Source of the DNA: Lama guanicoe
Taxonomy: Eukaryota
Assembly (NCBI GenBank): GCA_013239625.1
Contig: MU053561.1
Coordinates: forward strand, 498,826 to 562,825
Length of the DNA: 64,000 nucleotides
Direction of reading: 5' to 3'
Part shown: piece after piece, positions 1-12,141 of the stretch
Position numbering within the stretch: the stretch's first letter is position 1
Layout of the letters: each line of letters begins with the position of its first letter
Notes under the pieces: model-generated
What the model saw: only the letters and a program-made list of their open reading frames with translations
Database searches by the model: none
Told to the model about the DNA's origin: nothing
Made by a program: the position numbers and the translations under genes

Positions 1-610
1 CAGTTTCTATTCAGCCTCCCTCTAGTCCTGGAAAAGAGCCCTGATTCTTCCCAGAGTTCACATCTGACTCTCACTTTGCAAGAATCAGTTGTGCACATTT
101 CTCCCCAACTTTGTATTCATGTTGGTAGCTTGCCGTCAGCCCTGACAGGAATGTTTACAGCATGGAAATCAGCAAACACCACAGACTGGACTGTTAAACA
201 GGTGCCAACACACCGCTGGCTATGCTGCTCCAGCTCCCGAAACCCTCCTGGGGAGCTGGGAATTGGAGTTTGCCTCACTGGCTCTGGGGTGGGCAAAACG
301 ACTTCCATTCTGAGCCAGTGCTCCCGAATTGGTCTACCTGCCCTCCAGCGGTTTCTCCTTGGCTGCTGAAGGGTTCTCTCAATCTCAGATTCCTCAGATA
401 CAGCATTGCTACCCACCGCTCTCTCCCTCACAGAGGCCACCGAAGGTTTTAGGACTGGTGGTTTAACCGCATCCATTTGTATCTTGGGGGTCACAGGGAT
501 ACACTGTCACTTAATTTTATTGCAAATGTTCGTGAGCTTTTGGTTTTCCTCGACCTGTTTCTATGTGGGGATTCAGAGCTTCAAAGAGAATGCCACCACG
601 ATCTTCCCAG
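1..610 (-). mobile_element. Probable old L1 5' UTR fragment
   Basis: Ends in GCCACCACGATCTTCC, which resembles the reverse of an L1 5' terminus. Similarity judged by eye only. Confidence 0.35.
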
Positions 611-1147
611 TGTCTACAAGCTGGATGACTTGCAAGATTTAAATTCTAGTTTTAAAATTGTCTGGGTTCAAATCACTGAAAATCCTTTTGTGAAATAGTA
701 AATTGGATCTAGACTAGTCACTGGCCTCCCATGAGACCCCCAAAGTCCTCCTGGGGGCAGGGCTGGAGGGCTGTTGATCAGTCTCAGAAAGAGTTGTTAT
801 AGAAGATCCTTCCTCTGGCCACTGGGCTCTGGGGCCCAGAGCTTCCCCTTTGAGCCTGATGGCGTTTGGCCTACTTCACACAGACTCTGTCTGAAGTTCC
901 CCTGGCCCCCTGGTCACTATTCACCTCAGCAGTTGCCAAAGTGAGCAGATAAAACAAAACTAAGTTTTCATCTCCTCATGGGCAGCTACTTTTCTGGAAC
1001 TGCCGCCTCCAGAAAAGACGATCCCGGCCAAGAAATATCTTCTTGGATTTGACTTCAGTTCCTCACTTTGCAAATAATATAATTTTCCACAGGACTAGAC
1101 TGGACAGAGGAGTGAAAATATCTTCAATATTAACTTTTAAATAATAA

Positions 1148-1504
1148 TGTTACTTACTCCGTTAGAGTTGTTCAGAAAAAGAGAACCAAATATACATATA
1201 TTTATATATGTGTGTATATATATATATACACATACACACATATAAATATAAATACGAAAATATACAAATATATATATGTACCTCTTATTTGGGGAAGGGT
1301 CAGCCCTTTTGTTCTATGCAAGCCTTCAACTGATTGAATAAGCCCCATCCACACTAAGGCGAGCAATCTGCTTTACTCAGGCTATTGATGTACCTGTTAA
1401 ACTCATTCAAAAATATCCTCACAGAAGTACCTGGAATAACATTTGGCTAAATATCTGGGCATCCTGTGGGCCAGTCAAGTTGTCATATGAAATTAACTGT
1501 CACA
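1148..1504 (-). mobile_element. MLT2-type (ERVL) LTR with internal (TA)/(CA) simple repeat
   Basis: GCAATCTGCTTTACTCAG...AAATATCTGGGCA...CCAGTCAAGTTG...AAATTAACTGTCACA is characteristic of MLT2. Confidence 0.8.
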
Positions 1505-1710
1505 ATTACTAACATTCATTGATATGTTCCAAGTGTCAATTTCTTACAAATTATCTCATTTAATCCTCACAACAAGCCTTAAAATTCTCAGAATTTATTA
1601 TTCCAATTTTACAGGTGATGAGATTAAAGGCTGGGATGTTGAATATATTGACTAAGGCCTCATAGAGGAGTAAATCGCACAAGAGGATCCAAATCCAAGA
1701 TTTTGTACCC
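1505..1710 (-). mobile_element. MIR SINE
   Basis: TCTCATTTAATCCTCACAACAA...ATTTTACAGGTGATGAG core. Confidence 0.7.
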
Positions 1711-1798
1711 TCCTTTCCATTTTCCTTTCTCCCTTCTTTTCTCTGTTCTCTTTATTCCGTCCATCACAAAATATTGCTGCAAAAATTTAGCAGATCTT

Positions 1799-1930
1799 GG
1801 GGAGGGTATAGCTCAGTGGTAGAGTGTGTACTTAGCATGTACAAAGGCCTGGGTTCAACCCCCAGTATCTCTGTTAAAAAAATAAGTAAATAAATAAACC
1901 TAATTACCTCCCTCCACTCCCCCCCAAAAC
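1799..1930 (+). mobile_element. tRNA-Ala-derived SINE (camelid Vic-1-like), long form
   Basis: GGGGAGGGTATAGCTCAGTGGTAGAG...GGTTCAA head, A-rich linker, ACCTAATTACCTCCC tail. TSD TTTAGCAGATCTT at 1786-1798 and 1931-1943. Confidence 0.9.
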
Positions 1931-3570
1931 TTTAGCAGATCTTAACTTCGCATTAGGAAATAGCCCTTTGTATATTGATTTCTACATATAGCAGCATTAG
2001 GTTTGTAGCTGTCGACCCAGTTAAGGATGAATGAAAGTTTCTGCCGTGGTAAGAAGTGAGAATTTCTAATCACCCTCCCATTCCATATTGTGTCAGCAGC
2101 TCAATAGGAAGCATGAGGAAGACGGTGCTGTTCGAAGAGCTGCTGCATGGAGCCTGGAGTGGACCGATGGGAACTAGGGGCTACTGAGGAATATGGTTCT
2201 TCCTAAAACAGTTAATTCTAGAAATCAAGGAGAGAGACCAGTGTGAGCTACGATGGATGGTCTGGAGAGAGTCTAGTAGGGGTGAGTCAGGCTCTGGAGA
2301 AAGCGTGACTTCGTGTCGATGGGAGGAATGGGAAGACAGATATGGGACAAATATTTCTTTAGGAAGTACACCATAAACAACTTAGTAGTATATAAACAGA
2401 AAGTGAAGGGGAAAAAATGACTTCTAAATTAGAATAAAAGGAAATCAGTGTGGGGACTTGGGATATTTGAAGTGCATTCACTCACCCACTACCAGCTGGA
2501 GGTGCTTAGAGTTTTCTCTGTTGGTGGGACGTTTTTTCACCTTTAATATATCTGCTCAGAAGTTACCCACTAAGGATACACATGAAGGTGTTAACCATGC
2601 TTCTGATAGAATCATAGTATGTTTTCTGTTTGCTTTTTAGCATTTTTCAGAAATGAGTTTTGTCTTCATATTAAGAAGACAGAAAACAAGAAAACTGCCT
2701 TTGTGGAAAACAAAAAGTTCACATTTGCTGTCCAGATGATTTTATTAAGAATTTCAGAAACTTAACAATAATTTTCAGGCATCAGAGTTTTTACGAGAGT
2801 CTGAAGTCCTTGATATCACCACTTGAGCGAAGCATTTCATTTTTCTGAGCCTGTTTACTCTGTTGAATGGCTTTAGTACCTGCCTTTTCATCTAAATCCT
2901 ATCTTTCCATAACCAAATATGAACTGATTTCAAAAGGAAGGAGAAAAAGTTTCCAATGAGCACAAGAGGAAATTTATTCTGCCCTCTCACCCTGAGCTTG
3001 CAAGTCAGCCAAAAGCCAGACTAACTCAGACTGCATAGGGAAAATCCTTTATCTCATCAAGTTGTAATCAAGAATGACCTGCAGGTATAAATAAAAGATT
3101 GCGGTCTGATGTTCTAGACATGGACCCTCCAAAGTTACAGGCTGTCAATTTCCTTCTTTAAACTTCTTTGCCGAGTTCCTTCCAATGATTCTTCTTCTCA
3201 TCTCATGAAAGGTTAACATTCAGACAGCAGAGTCTCCTTGATTTCCCAAGGTCCAGCCAGCATGCATCAAATAAGCTTCTTTGGTAGGAAAAAATGTAAC
3301 AGTGGGCAGTGAAAGAAAGAGAGCTTCAGATAAAGCCCAGTGGTGTCTACAGGTCCTCTTCAGCCTGTAGATACTGGTTCATTTTCTCATCCCCTCCCCA
3401 ACACATAAAGATAATAATCACAACATTCATGTATTGAACACTTACTCTGCTCAATCCCTTTCATGCATTATTCCACTCAGCTAGCTATCTCCACAATCCA
3501 ATGATACAGGAAATATTATCCTCCACAGCTAACAAGTGAAGAAATGGATTCTAGGAAATTTTAAATTACT

Positions 3571-3606
3571 TTTTGTTTTCTTTTGTGGGGGGAGGTAATT
3601 AGGTGG

Positions 3607-3643
<37 letters not shown>

Positions 3644-3723
3644 AAATGGAGGTACTGGGGATTGAACCCATGACCTTGTGCATGCAAGGCACGCACTCTA
3701 CCACCGTCAAATTCTTGCGAGTG
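3571..3723 (-). mobile_element. Vic-1-like SINE with internal (GAT)11 and an atypical 5' end, inserted in a MIR
   Basis: TSD AGGAAATTTTAAAT(T/G)ACT at 3553-3570 and 3724-3741. Confidence 0.88.
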
Positions 3724-3849
3724 AGGAAATTTTAAATGACTGTTTCAGGTCCTCCAAGTAAGATACGAAAAAGTTAAGATTCAAATCCAGGTCTGCCTGA
3801 CTCTAAAGTTTATGTTAATACCACTGTAATGTAAGATCATATAGCTATG

Positions 3850-6730
3850 GACACGAAATGTGTAGTTTTGCCATTATTTATTTTTCCTCTCTCAGCCCCT
3901 TCCCCTACCCATTCCTTGGTAACCATTCCTATTTGTTATCTGTTTTTATAAAATATATATCACTGTTTTGTGAGTATTTAGTTTAAGCTTACATAAATGT
4001 TACTTTGCATTACTTCAGCATTGCCTTTAAGATGCATCCAGGTTGCTATTTGTGCATTTAATCTACTGTTTCTAACTGTTTCATAGCCCTCCAGGTTATA
4101 CTTCCAACCACATTTCACCCATTCTCTCTCCAATGATAGGCACCCAAACTACCTCCAACTGTTGTATGAGTTCAGTTTCATTTTTCTCCACAAAGTACAT
4201 CAACCATTAAATAAGCTATCCTTTCCCAACTGATTTGTCAGATATTAATATTGCTATCTCAACTTTTTCTTGATTCATATTTGTACCATATGTTTTATTC
4301 CAACCACTCATTTTCAACTTTTGTGCGCCATTGTGTTTAACAGATCTCTTTGGCAGGTGATAAGTCGTCAAATCATTTTTTATTCCAATCAGAATAATGT
4401 TTTATTCCAATCAGAGTAATAATTTATCTATTAAATTTATGTTTTTTAATAGATAAATTCAACCTTTTGGAATTTGTTATAATTAGTATCATGTTAAATA
4501 TGAAATCAGACAACTTATTTCATATTTTCACTTCATTTCATTTTTTAAAAATCTTTTCCTGTTTTCAATCAAATAGATTAACTTTTATTTTTTACATACT
4601 CAATTTTTGTTCTTATGGTAGTTGTCTTAAGACCAACACTTAACGTTTATTTACTCAGTTGTTTTCGTAACTTTATCAACATCTATATCTTTGCTGTAAG
4701 ACAGATCTCTTGTTCCTTCGGCCTTTTATTCCCCAACCCTCCCCCGATCATGTAGATAGATCTAGATTTTTTTTTATTGATTGTTATGGTTATATTTTCT
4801 CATTTTCTTTATTTTGGTTTGAACTTTTTTAGGAAACAATACATTTACCAAACTGTATGATCACTCCTACTTTTTTACTGTACCTAGTGCTACATCCTTT
4901 TGAATTTATTTCTCTTTTCATTTGGGTACTTCCTTCAATTTTGTTTTCATGATAGGTCTTTAAGTACCTGAGAAAGCATTATCCCCTTATGTTTGAATGA
5001 CAATTTGCTGTGTCATTTCCTTAACTCTCTAAATATATTACTTCATCATCTTATTGAGTCCAGTACTGTTATTGAGAAGGGCAATGCCACTTTTTTCCTT
5101 TTCAGGTGATCTTTCTCTCTAGAATTGTTAAGAGTTTCCTCTTTGCCTATATGTGCTCTAGACTCATTTTCTCCTTAACTCTCTTGCTTGTTTCTTGATG
5201 AGTTTTTTTCCCCCGAACTGAGATGTGTCAATGGGAAATGTATCTTTATGATTTCTTTCAATGTTTCTCCTTTGGGGAGTCCCATTATTCAAGTATTGAT
5301 ACTTCTACATCTAGTCTTCCAGCCTCTTAGCTTTTTAAAAACAATAGTTTCTCCTTTTGTTCTTTCCTGTTGGCCTTTTTAAGAGTTCCCCAACTGAATA
5401 TTCCTACACACTAATTTTTTTAAGCTACGTTCCATCCTGTAATAGTTCTCATCTACCGTATTCTTTATTATATAAGATTAATAATATATGTAATTCTTTG
5501 CTGTGATTCTTACTAGCCCCCTATAGTACGAAATCTTCCTTTCCCTTCTTAAAGACACATAGGATGATTATTTAAAATTCTTGGTCTGTTTCAAAAACTC
5601 TGGTGCACTATCTTCCTATCATAGACCTCAGTGTATCCTTCTTTTGGAGCATGAGCTCATGTCCCCTGGGGGTAATAGTACTCTCTACTGCTGCGTGCCA
5701 CGGAGGCACTCAAGTCTGGCCCCAGACTCTGTTCTCTAAGGCATATTTCTGGTGAGAGGTGGGCACAAGCTCCACATGAAGAGCCCAGCCATCACAGAAC
5801 CACTGATGACCATCCTGTTTGCCGCCACTTCACCAGGAGACTCTCCTGACCAGGGCTGCACGAACAATTAAACTGCTAGGGAGAAGCAGCTCCTGGAGAA
5901 AATATTCCCAGGCCAGCAGTTTGGGGTTTGAGGATGGAAGTTTGTTAGAGTAATTGTCAGAGCATGATTGTTACCAATTCCAAGCTCCTTCTGCTTGCCA
6001 CACGACAGGCCATTAAATCGGGAGACGAGGTGTTGGGGCAAGGAATAGCGACTTTATTCAGAAAGCCAGAAAACTGGGAGGATGGCAAAATAACATCCAG
6101 GAGAACCATCTTTCCCAAGTCAGAATTCAGGCTCCTTTTATACTGAAAGGGGGAGGGGATGTACTTGGTTGTTGCAAACTTCTTGGTGTAGGAGTTCTTT
6201 GTTCTTACATCTGCCCACGTGGGTCAGATCATGGTGTCTCTGTAAACCTCCAACAAAACAAACACTAGTTACCTTTATCTGAATGGAAAAGTGTTAAATC
6301 CTTATAGGTCAGAGCCTTGAGAATAGGCTATCCTGTTTATCTCAGGCTATAGGCAACATTCTTTTACAAAAGGTGCAGAACCCGCAAGACTAAGCCTAGG
6401 AAACAGAGCACAGGGTTACAGTGAAGGGAACAGATCTAATGTGGAGTCAGATTTGTTCTTTCTGAACAACAAGCAAGGCACCAAGGTAGGGCTTTGTCAG
6501 CGTTCCTCCTCCTGCTGTCCCCTCCCCCTAGGCTCCAGCCCTCATCCAACCTCATCCCTGCCTCTGCCCCCACATCTTTTGGCCCAGGACATCCTTCAGA
6601 TTCCTCAGGGATTTCTCAGTTTTTTCTCTAGGTTGTTCTTCATATGTATGCTTTATTCATTTTTCTAGTGTTTTCCAGGTTGATTAAAAAAGAGGCATGC
6701 AACAGCCTATGACAGTTTGCCATGTTGCCA
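3850..6730 (-). mobile_element. Ancient L1M fragments (3' UTR piece, ORF2 start, ORF1, 5' UTR), interrupted by an LTR
   Basis: T-rich antisense L1-like sequence, for example at 4240-4330 and 5250-5330. GCCATGTTG near 6720 resembles an L1 5' terminus. Boundaries approximate. Confidence 0.6.
5969..6468 (-). mobile_element. Solo ERV LTR (about 500 bp, ERV1-like)
   Basis: TGTTACC...CTGAACA termini (TG..CA). AATAAA on the - strand at 6053-6058. Interrupts the L1. Confidence 0.7.
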
Positions 6731-8460
6731 AGTAGAAAAAAATGGACACGATAAAATGCTATGCAAATATAAATTATGTTAAGACAAGTACATGATAATT
6801 ATCTAACTACAAAATCCTGAATGCTCAAAAAAAAAAAGATTACTTATGCAAACTGGTTATTTAAAATGACTGTGAGAACATGGTTTGGTTTTGTTTTTCC
6901 CAAACAGTTTAAATGCACGTGAAGATGAAGGCTGAACAATAAATGCCAGAGAAGGGGTGACAGATGATGCCAGGTTTTCTCTTCGAGAATCGTGGGCAAT
7001 ACCACCATCACACCACTGTCTTCCCCGTACAAATACGGAATCTTTTCCTCTTGAGACTGTGAACTGCCTTACTAGGTTTACTCCCTAGATGAAATAACAA
7101 ACGCAAGGTAGCACCTGGAATGCTCCAACTCGAAAGAACTGACACCAGTGCTCCGTGTTTCTCTTGAGAGAGCCCTCACCAGGCCTATTCCCCAACTTTT
7201 CTCAGGACCTCTCACCTAATTAGATAGGAATCTGTGCACACTTCCTACAGGCCTCCACAGTCCTCCCTCATAAAACTCTGCAAGCTTTGGAATCAAAGGT
7301 CTGAATGTCACCCCAGGCAATCATGAAAGGCAAGACCTGGCAAATGAGAGATTGGTTAACCAGTAACAAAATCATAAGTAACATTGCTTCCTCCCCTTCC
7401 ACAGCAGAGTCCACGTGTAGGTGTGATGAAAGAGCCCTAGAGTCTGGACATACAACAGAGATACCTACTTCCAGCCATTGTCATGAACTAGCCACACAGG
7501 CACAAGGCAGGCCACTTGATCCCTGGAAGCTTCACTGTCCAGATCAGCTTTATAGAACCGTTGTGAGTACAGATTGCGTGTGAAAGCATTTCAAAATTGA
7601 TGAAGCACCAGATATGCTTGTGTGGTATTAGTATTATTATTAAATAAACAGGGTTCATCTCAAACATAAAGACTTCCCTAGGTCTACACTTTCCATAGAA
7701 GTAACTCCTACACACCTTCTGATGCCTGCAACTCTGAAAGTGCCTCTCCTCTAAGTACCTCAGTACAAAGTATAAGTCTGCAGGACAGACTTACCAGTTT
7801 ACCAGTCATGGGGACCTTGGCTAAATGCATTTTCAGAGCATTTGTTGAAATGAGGACAGTGAGTTTCTGAGGGAGAAGAGAGGTAGATGCAGCTTAAGAG
7901 GCTAAAGCTACGTGCTTGGGAGCCTTGTTTATAATTTCGCTCTCCTAAATCAGCTTTCTTGGCAGAATTGCATAAAAAAGCAAACATTGTTTTTGCAAGA
8001 CTTCACCCTAGATAGCTAAACTTTTTAATCCATAGTAATCAATCACTCTGATTCTTACTGGCTCCTGACACAAATTTGGGATTAATCAACACTATCTTTC
8101 ATCAACAGTCCAGCCAAAAACCTGCAGCCCAGGAGTTGAAGGGCCCCACAATCTTGAAGCAAGAATAAAAATGTCGGTCTTCATTTAGAAAATATCAAAA
8201 TGTGAGTATGGAGTTCATGTAAGCGTTTGAGAGCGAACCACAGCCAAGTGTTGTACTTTATTTCCATCAACACTTTGGACAATTACTTTATTGCACTTGA
8301 GCATAATTACTTGACTAAGCCAACCCAATTCTCTTCACTATGAAAAGCTATCACCTGATGGTGTTTTGCTGCTATTTCTCCCAATTTATACTTTATATAC
8401 TATATTCCTGGTACTTCCTCAACCTACAAGTTTACCTTATTCCAAAGGAACAACTTAATG

Positions 8461-8520
8461 TTGGGTTTAACCACATGAAGTTGTCACTTGTTCAGGTCAA
8501 AAATGGTGGAAGATTGGCTC
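8461..8520. mobile_element. MADE2-like mariner MITE fragment
   Basis: TTGGGTTTAACCACATGAAGTTG...GTCAAAAATGGTGGAAGATTGGC resembles the MADE2 consensus as recalled. Confidence 0.55.
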
Positions 8521-8534
8521 AGATTATACATCGA

Positions 8535-8720
8535 TCTACACAGCCTAGATTCAAAGTCCATTTCAGCCACTTACAAGGTCTAAAACCACAGCTGGTTATA
8601 ATTTTTCTAAACCTCAGTTTCCTCATCTGTAAAACAAGTATAATAATAATAATATCAGTCTCAGTTGTGAGAATTAAATGAGATAATGTGTAAAAAGTGC
8701 TTAGCATAGTACCTGGCACA
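8535..8720 (+). mobile_element. MIR SINE
   Basis: CCTCAGTTTCCTCATCTGTAAAA...GTGAGAATTAAATGAGATAATG...AGTACCTGGCACA. Confidence 0.85.
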
Positions 8721-8989
8721 CAGAAATTGTTTAGTACTTGCCGACTTAAAAGAGAAAAAGGAATGAAGTTGATCCATCCACCTGTATTTCCAATGCTTAG
8801 CACAGTGCTTAATCAGTTGTATATACTAAATAAAGCTTTACTGGGTTGACTGGTTTTAGTCTTAATTTTATCAAAATAATCCATTACGTATCTATAATTC
8901 TGTGTGAATGTTTGTGTATTTTGGTCTAAGAGACTAATGTTCTTCTTCAGTTCCATCTATTTTCTTAGTGAAATGAGAAGTGTGTGGGA

Positions 8990-10700
8990 ACAGCCTGGAG
9001 CACTCCAAAATTTAGAGATCAGAGAGAGGCGTAACAGCTGTGAGGAGTGGCCTGTGATTTGGAGGAAAACCATGGGATTGTCAGGTTCTGCAAGCCAAAT
9101 GAGAAAAGTATTTCAACAAAGAGGGAGTGAGAAGACTTGCCATGTGCTCCTGAGGGTTCTAGTAAGCTGAAGGACCAACCATTGGATTTGGCAAAAAGGA
9201 AGTCACTGATGATCTTGATAAAAGGAATCTCAATGGAATGCTGGGGACAAAAGCCTAAATGGGTCAATTAGAGATAGAGTGAGAAGTAAGGATGTGGAAA
9301 CACTGAGAACAGACAGTATTTTTAATGGCTTTAGCTATGAAGGGGAGCATAGATTTGCTAGCACATTTGATAAGACGTATAGAGTCAAAAGGGAGTTTTC
9401 AAAGATGGGACATACAATGATAAGAAAGACCTAGTCAAAAGGGGAAATAATCAGGAGGAAGAGAGAGGACCACTGCAGGATCACAGTCCTCGTGCGGAGC
9501 AGAGGCAACACATTCAGTGCAAAAGTGGTGACATTGGACTTAAACCCACGCAGGGACAGTTCCTCTGGATAGGAACAGTGGGAAGGTAGAGCATGGGGTA
9601 CAAAGGCAGATGATTTGCTGAATTTGCTAATGAAAGATGGAGTGGTACTCTTCTGATTGTTTCCAGTTTCTCAGTGAAGTAAGAGTCAAAAGTAATCAGC
9701 TGAGAATAACCAGAGGAAATGGGTTGAGACAGAAGAGGAGGCATGACTAGTCTTTGGGTACTGGGAGAGCAAGTGAACTAGGAGAATGCAGTAGAATTGC
9801 CAGGCTCTGCTGATGACCCATTTGAGATGCGTGCTTGTAAATGTCAAGCTAACCGGTTGGTACCATATTGCGTTTTTCTTCAGCCTTGGTTAGCTGCTCA
9901 GAAGCAGGCACAGAGTAGACCAAGAGTGGGTTTAACCAAAGTTGAAGTCTTGCTTGGCCAATCTGACAGAAAGAGTAAATGGTGAGGTGTGTGCAAGGGA
10001 TTATTTACCATCATGCTCCACGGGTACTCTGAGCTGAGTAAAGAGAGAAAAGAGGTCATGAGGATGCTAAATGGTGAAAAAGTAGAGGAGCCAATGGTCG
10101 TCCCAGTGGGAAAAAACAGGTGAGGATACTTTAAAAGTGAGCTGGAAAGATAGAGGTTATTAGAGTTGGGTTGCATGCAATTAAAATTTTGGAGGTGGTA
10201 TAAATGCTGTATTGACAAAATCAAGAGTATGAGTGTGGAATGGAAGACGGAGGTCAAGTGGAGGACAAGGTCTTGAAAGTGGGAACTTAAGTGAGAGGCC
10301 AGCATGGCTCCTGTGAATTATCTATGTGAGGATCAACATCTCCAAGGATGCTGAAAGGACTGAGGGTGGAAAGGAAGGCAGTGATCCATGTGCTTCAATC
10401 TTCATGATCGAGGGAAGTGGAGGAAGATTGAGAGTTGACTGCAAGAATGAAGGGCACTGGCCATCTGAACTGATAGCATGTGCTTGAAAAGAATGGGATC
10501 TTTGAGAGGAGGGAGAGGAATAAAACACTGGAAGTGTCAGTGAAGAACAAGAGGATCTACGCTTTATTCCAAACACCTCAGTACATTGGGTACTGGAAGC
10601 CAGGGGGTGGATATTGCGTAGAGCAAAGAGCGCAACTGCCTTTTGAGAGCTGCAGTCTGAGATAGAGCAAGAAGCAAAGATTGGAAATAAAGAATTTTAA
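8990..10700 (-). mobile_element. LINE-2 ORF2 remnant (endonuclease to reverse transcriptase region), about 1.7 kb
   Basis: Minus-strand ORF pieces GFCPQHSIEIPFIKIISDFLFAKSNG, SYFTEKLETIRR and SFQAHAI resemble L2/CR1 ORF2 motifs. Confidence 0.85.
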
Positions 10701-10821
10701 ATTGGTGACAGAACTTTGGAAAGGGCTCAGTGGAAGGGCACAAGGTGACAGAACAAGGTGGGAGATTGGGTTAGATCAGTTATTCACCAAGATATTTGGA
10801 GGCAAGAATCGAAAGTTGATG

Positions 10822-10913
10822 AGAGGGGAGGGTATAGCTCAGCGATAGAGGGCATGCTTAGCATGTGCAAGGTCCTGGGTTCAATCTCCAGTACCTGCAT
10901 TTAAAAACAAAAA
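10822..10913 (+). mobile_element. Vic-1-like SINE, short form
   Basis: tRNA-Ala-like head plus A tail. TSD AAGAATC(G/T)AAAGTTGATG at 10804-10821 and 10914-10931. Confidence 0.9.
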
Positions 10914-11739
10914 AAGAATCTAAAGTTGATGGAAGACCTAGGAGACTTGGACTTCTGGGTGCACCTAGAAGATTTCTGTCTTCAGGAAAATGAAGTCACC
11001 TCTGTCTCCCTTAAAGCAGGAACCATTCTGACTCATTTCCATGCCCTCCACAGAGTTATGTTAGACAGAAGGAGTAACAGGGTGAATGCATGACTCTTGT
11101 GAAAGAGAGGAAGATCGGTGCCATGAAGAAGGGATGAATGGAGAGATTCATTGGAAGAGCTTTTTGTTGCAAAGTAGGAGACCAAAGTGGAAAGAAAGAT
11201 CAGAATCCAGAGTCCAAAGACATGGTTGAGTCCTCAACCTTCCACTTGCAAGCTTTGGGAAAGTCTTTGGGACAGCCGTGTCACCTGTCCACATATCACT
11301 AGCCTCATATGTAAAGTAGACCTTTCTTCCTCAGGAGATCTTGAGTTCAAATGACGATCACCTCTCTGGGGCTTTTGTACTTTTATTAAAGCATTTGTTG
11401 CCTTTCACTTGAAAATGGTGTAAAGCTCTACAAGTACAAGGGTCACAATAAAAACAGGAGAAATATAGCAGGCCCACATCCTCTCTAACACCCATTCGTT
11501 TGCCTATGTGCCAGTACCCGCTCCCAGCTACCTGAAGGGCTGCTGTGGAAAGATTCATCCTCTTTGGTTTTAAAAGATTTTTCTTATTCTGCATAATACA
11601 TTAAAATAATGGCTAACTTGGCAGGGAGCATTCCGGAGCACCAAGTGAGAGGTAACTCAGACAAGAAGCCAGGGTCCAGGACAAGCCAGGTGGGATTACC
11701 TTGGGATGTGTTACAACAGGAACACCATAGCTCCCAAGA

Positions 11740-11970
11740 TGGGAGCATAAACAAGGCTGCCATGAGAGCCCAGGAAAGAGGGATCAGAGCCACCCTTTCC
11801 CAAACATGCCCAGAGCAGGGCAGCTACGTACATGTTGGAAAGGTAATGTTTTTCTTTGACTCACCCGGATTCTGTGTGAGACCTTTTGCCCAGTGTGAGA
11901 AGCCACAGAGCCTTGATAAGCAGGGGCAGGGCTTCCGGACGCAGGAGTCCCAGGGCTCTATAAAGCCTGA
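11740..11970 (+). promoter_or_regulatory. HMGCS2 proximal promoter: forkhead motif ATAAACAA 11747-11754, AP-1 TGACTCA 11857-11863, PPRE/DR1 AGACCTTTTGCCC 11879-11891, TATAAA 11959-11964
   Basis: Motifs read directly. The DR1 (reverse GGGCAA A AGGTCT) matches the known PPARalpha/HNF4 element of mammalian HMGCS2 promoters in sequence and position. Confidence 0.85.
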
Positions 11971-12037
11971 CCAGACACCACTGGACATCTCCCCCAAGGA
12001 CTGTGAACTGCTGGCTGGCTGCTTGCTCCTCTGAAAA

Positions 12038-12141
12038 ATGCAGCGGCTGTTGACTCCAGTGAGGCGGGTCTTGCAAGTGAAGAGAGTGGTACAGGAAGCT
12101 TCCCTCGTGCCGGCTCGCCTTCTCCCAGCAGCCCACCAAAG
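12038..12141 (+). CDS. HMGCS2: HMG-CoA synthase 2 (mitochondrial), coding exon 1: targeting peptide [35 protein letters not shown]
   Basis: ATG at 12038 downstream of a TATA box. Arg-rich, acid-poor presequence. Donor AG|GTGAGT at 12142. 104 nt, phase matches exon 2. Confidence 0.96.

Noticed and set aside
3705..3723. U6 snRNA fragment fused to the SINE
   Set aside because: Only a short CAAATTC match to the U6 3' region, too weak to call.
11609..12034. 141-aa ORF ending just before the HMGCS2 ATG
   Set aside because: It starts far upstream of the TATA box and runs through promoter elements, so it would not be in the normal mRNA. No homology is evident.
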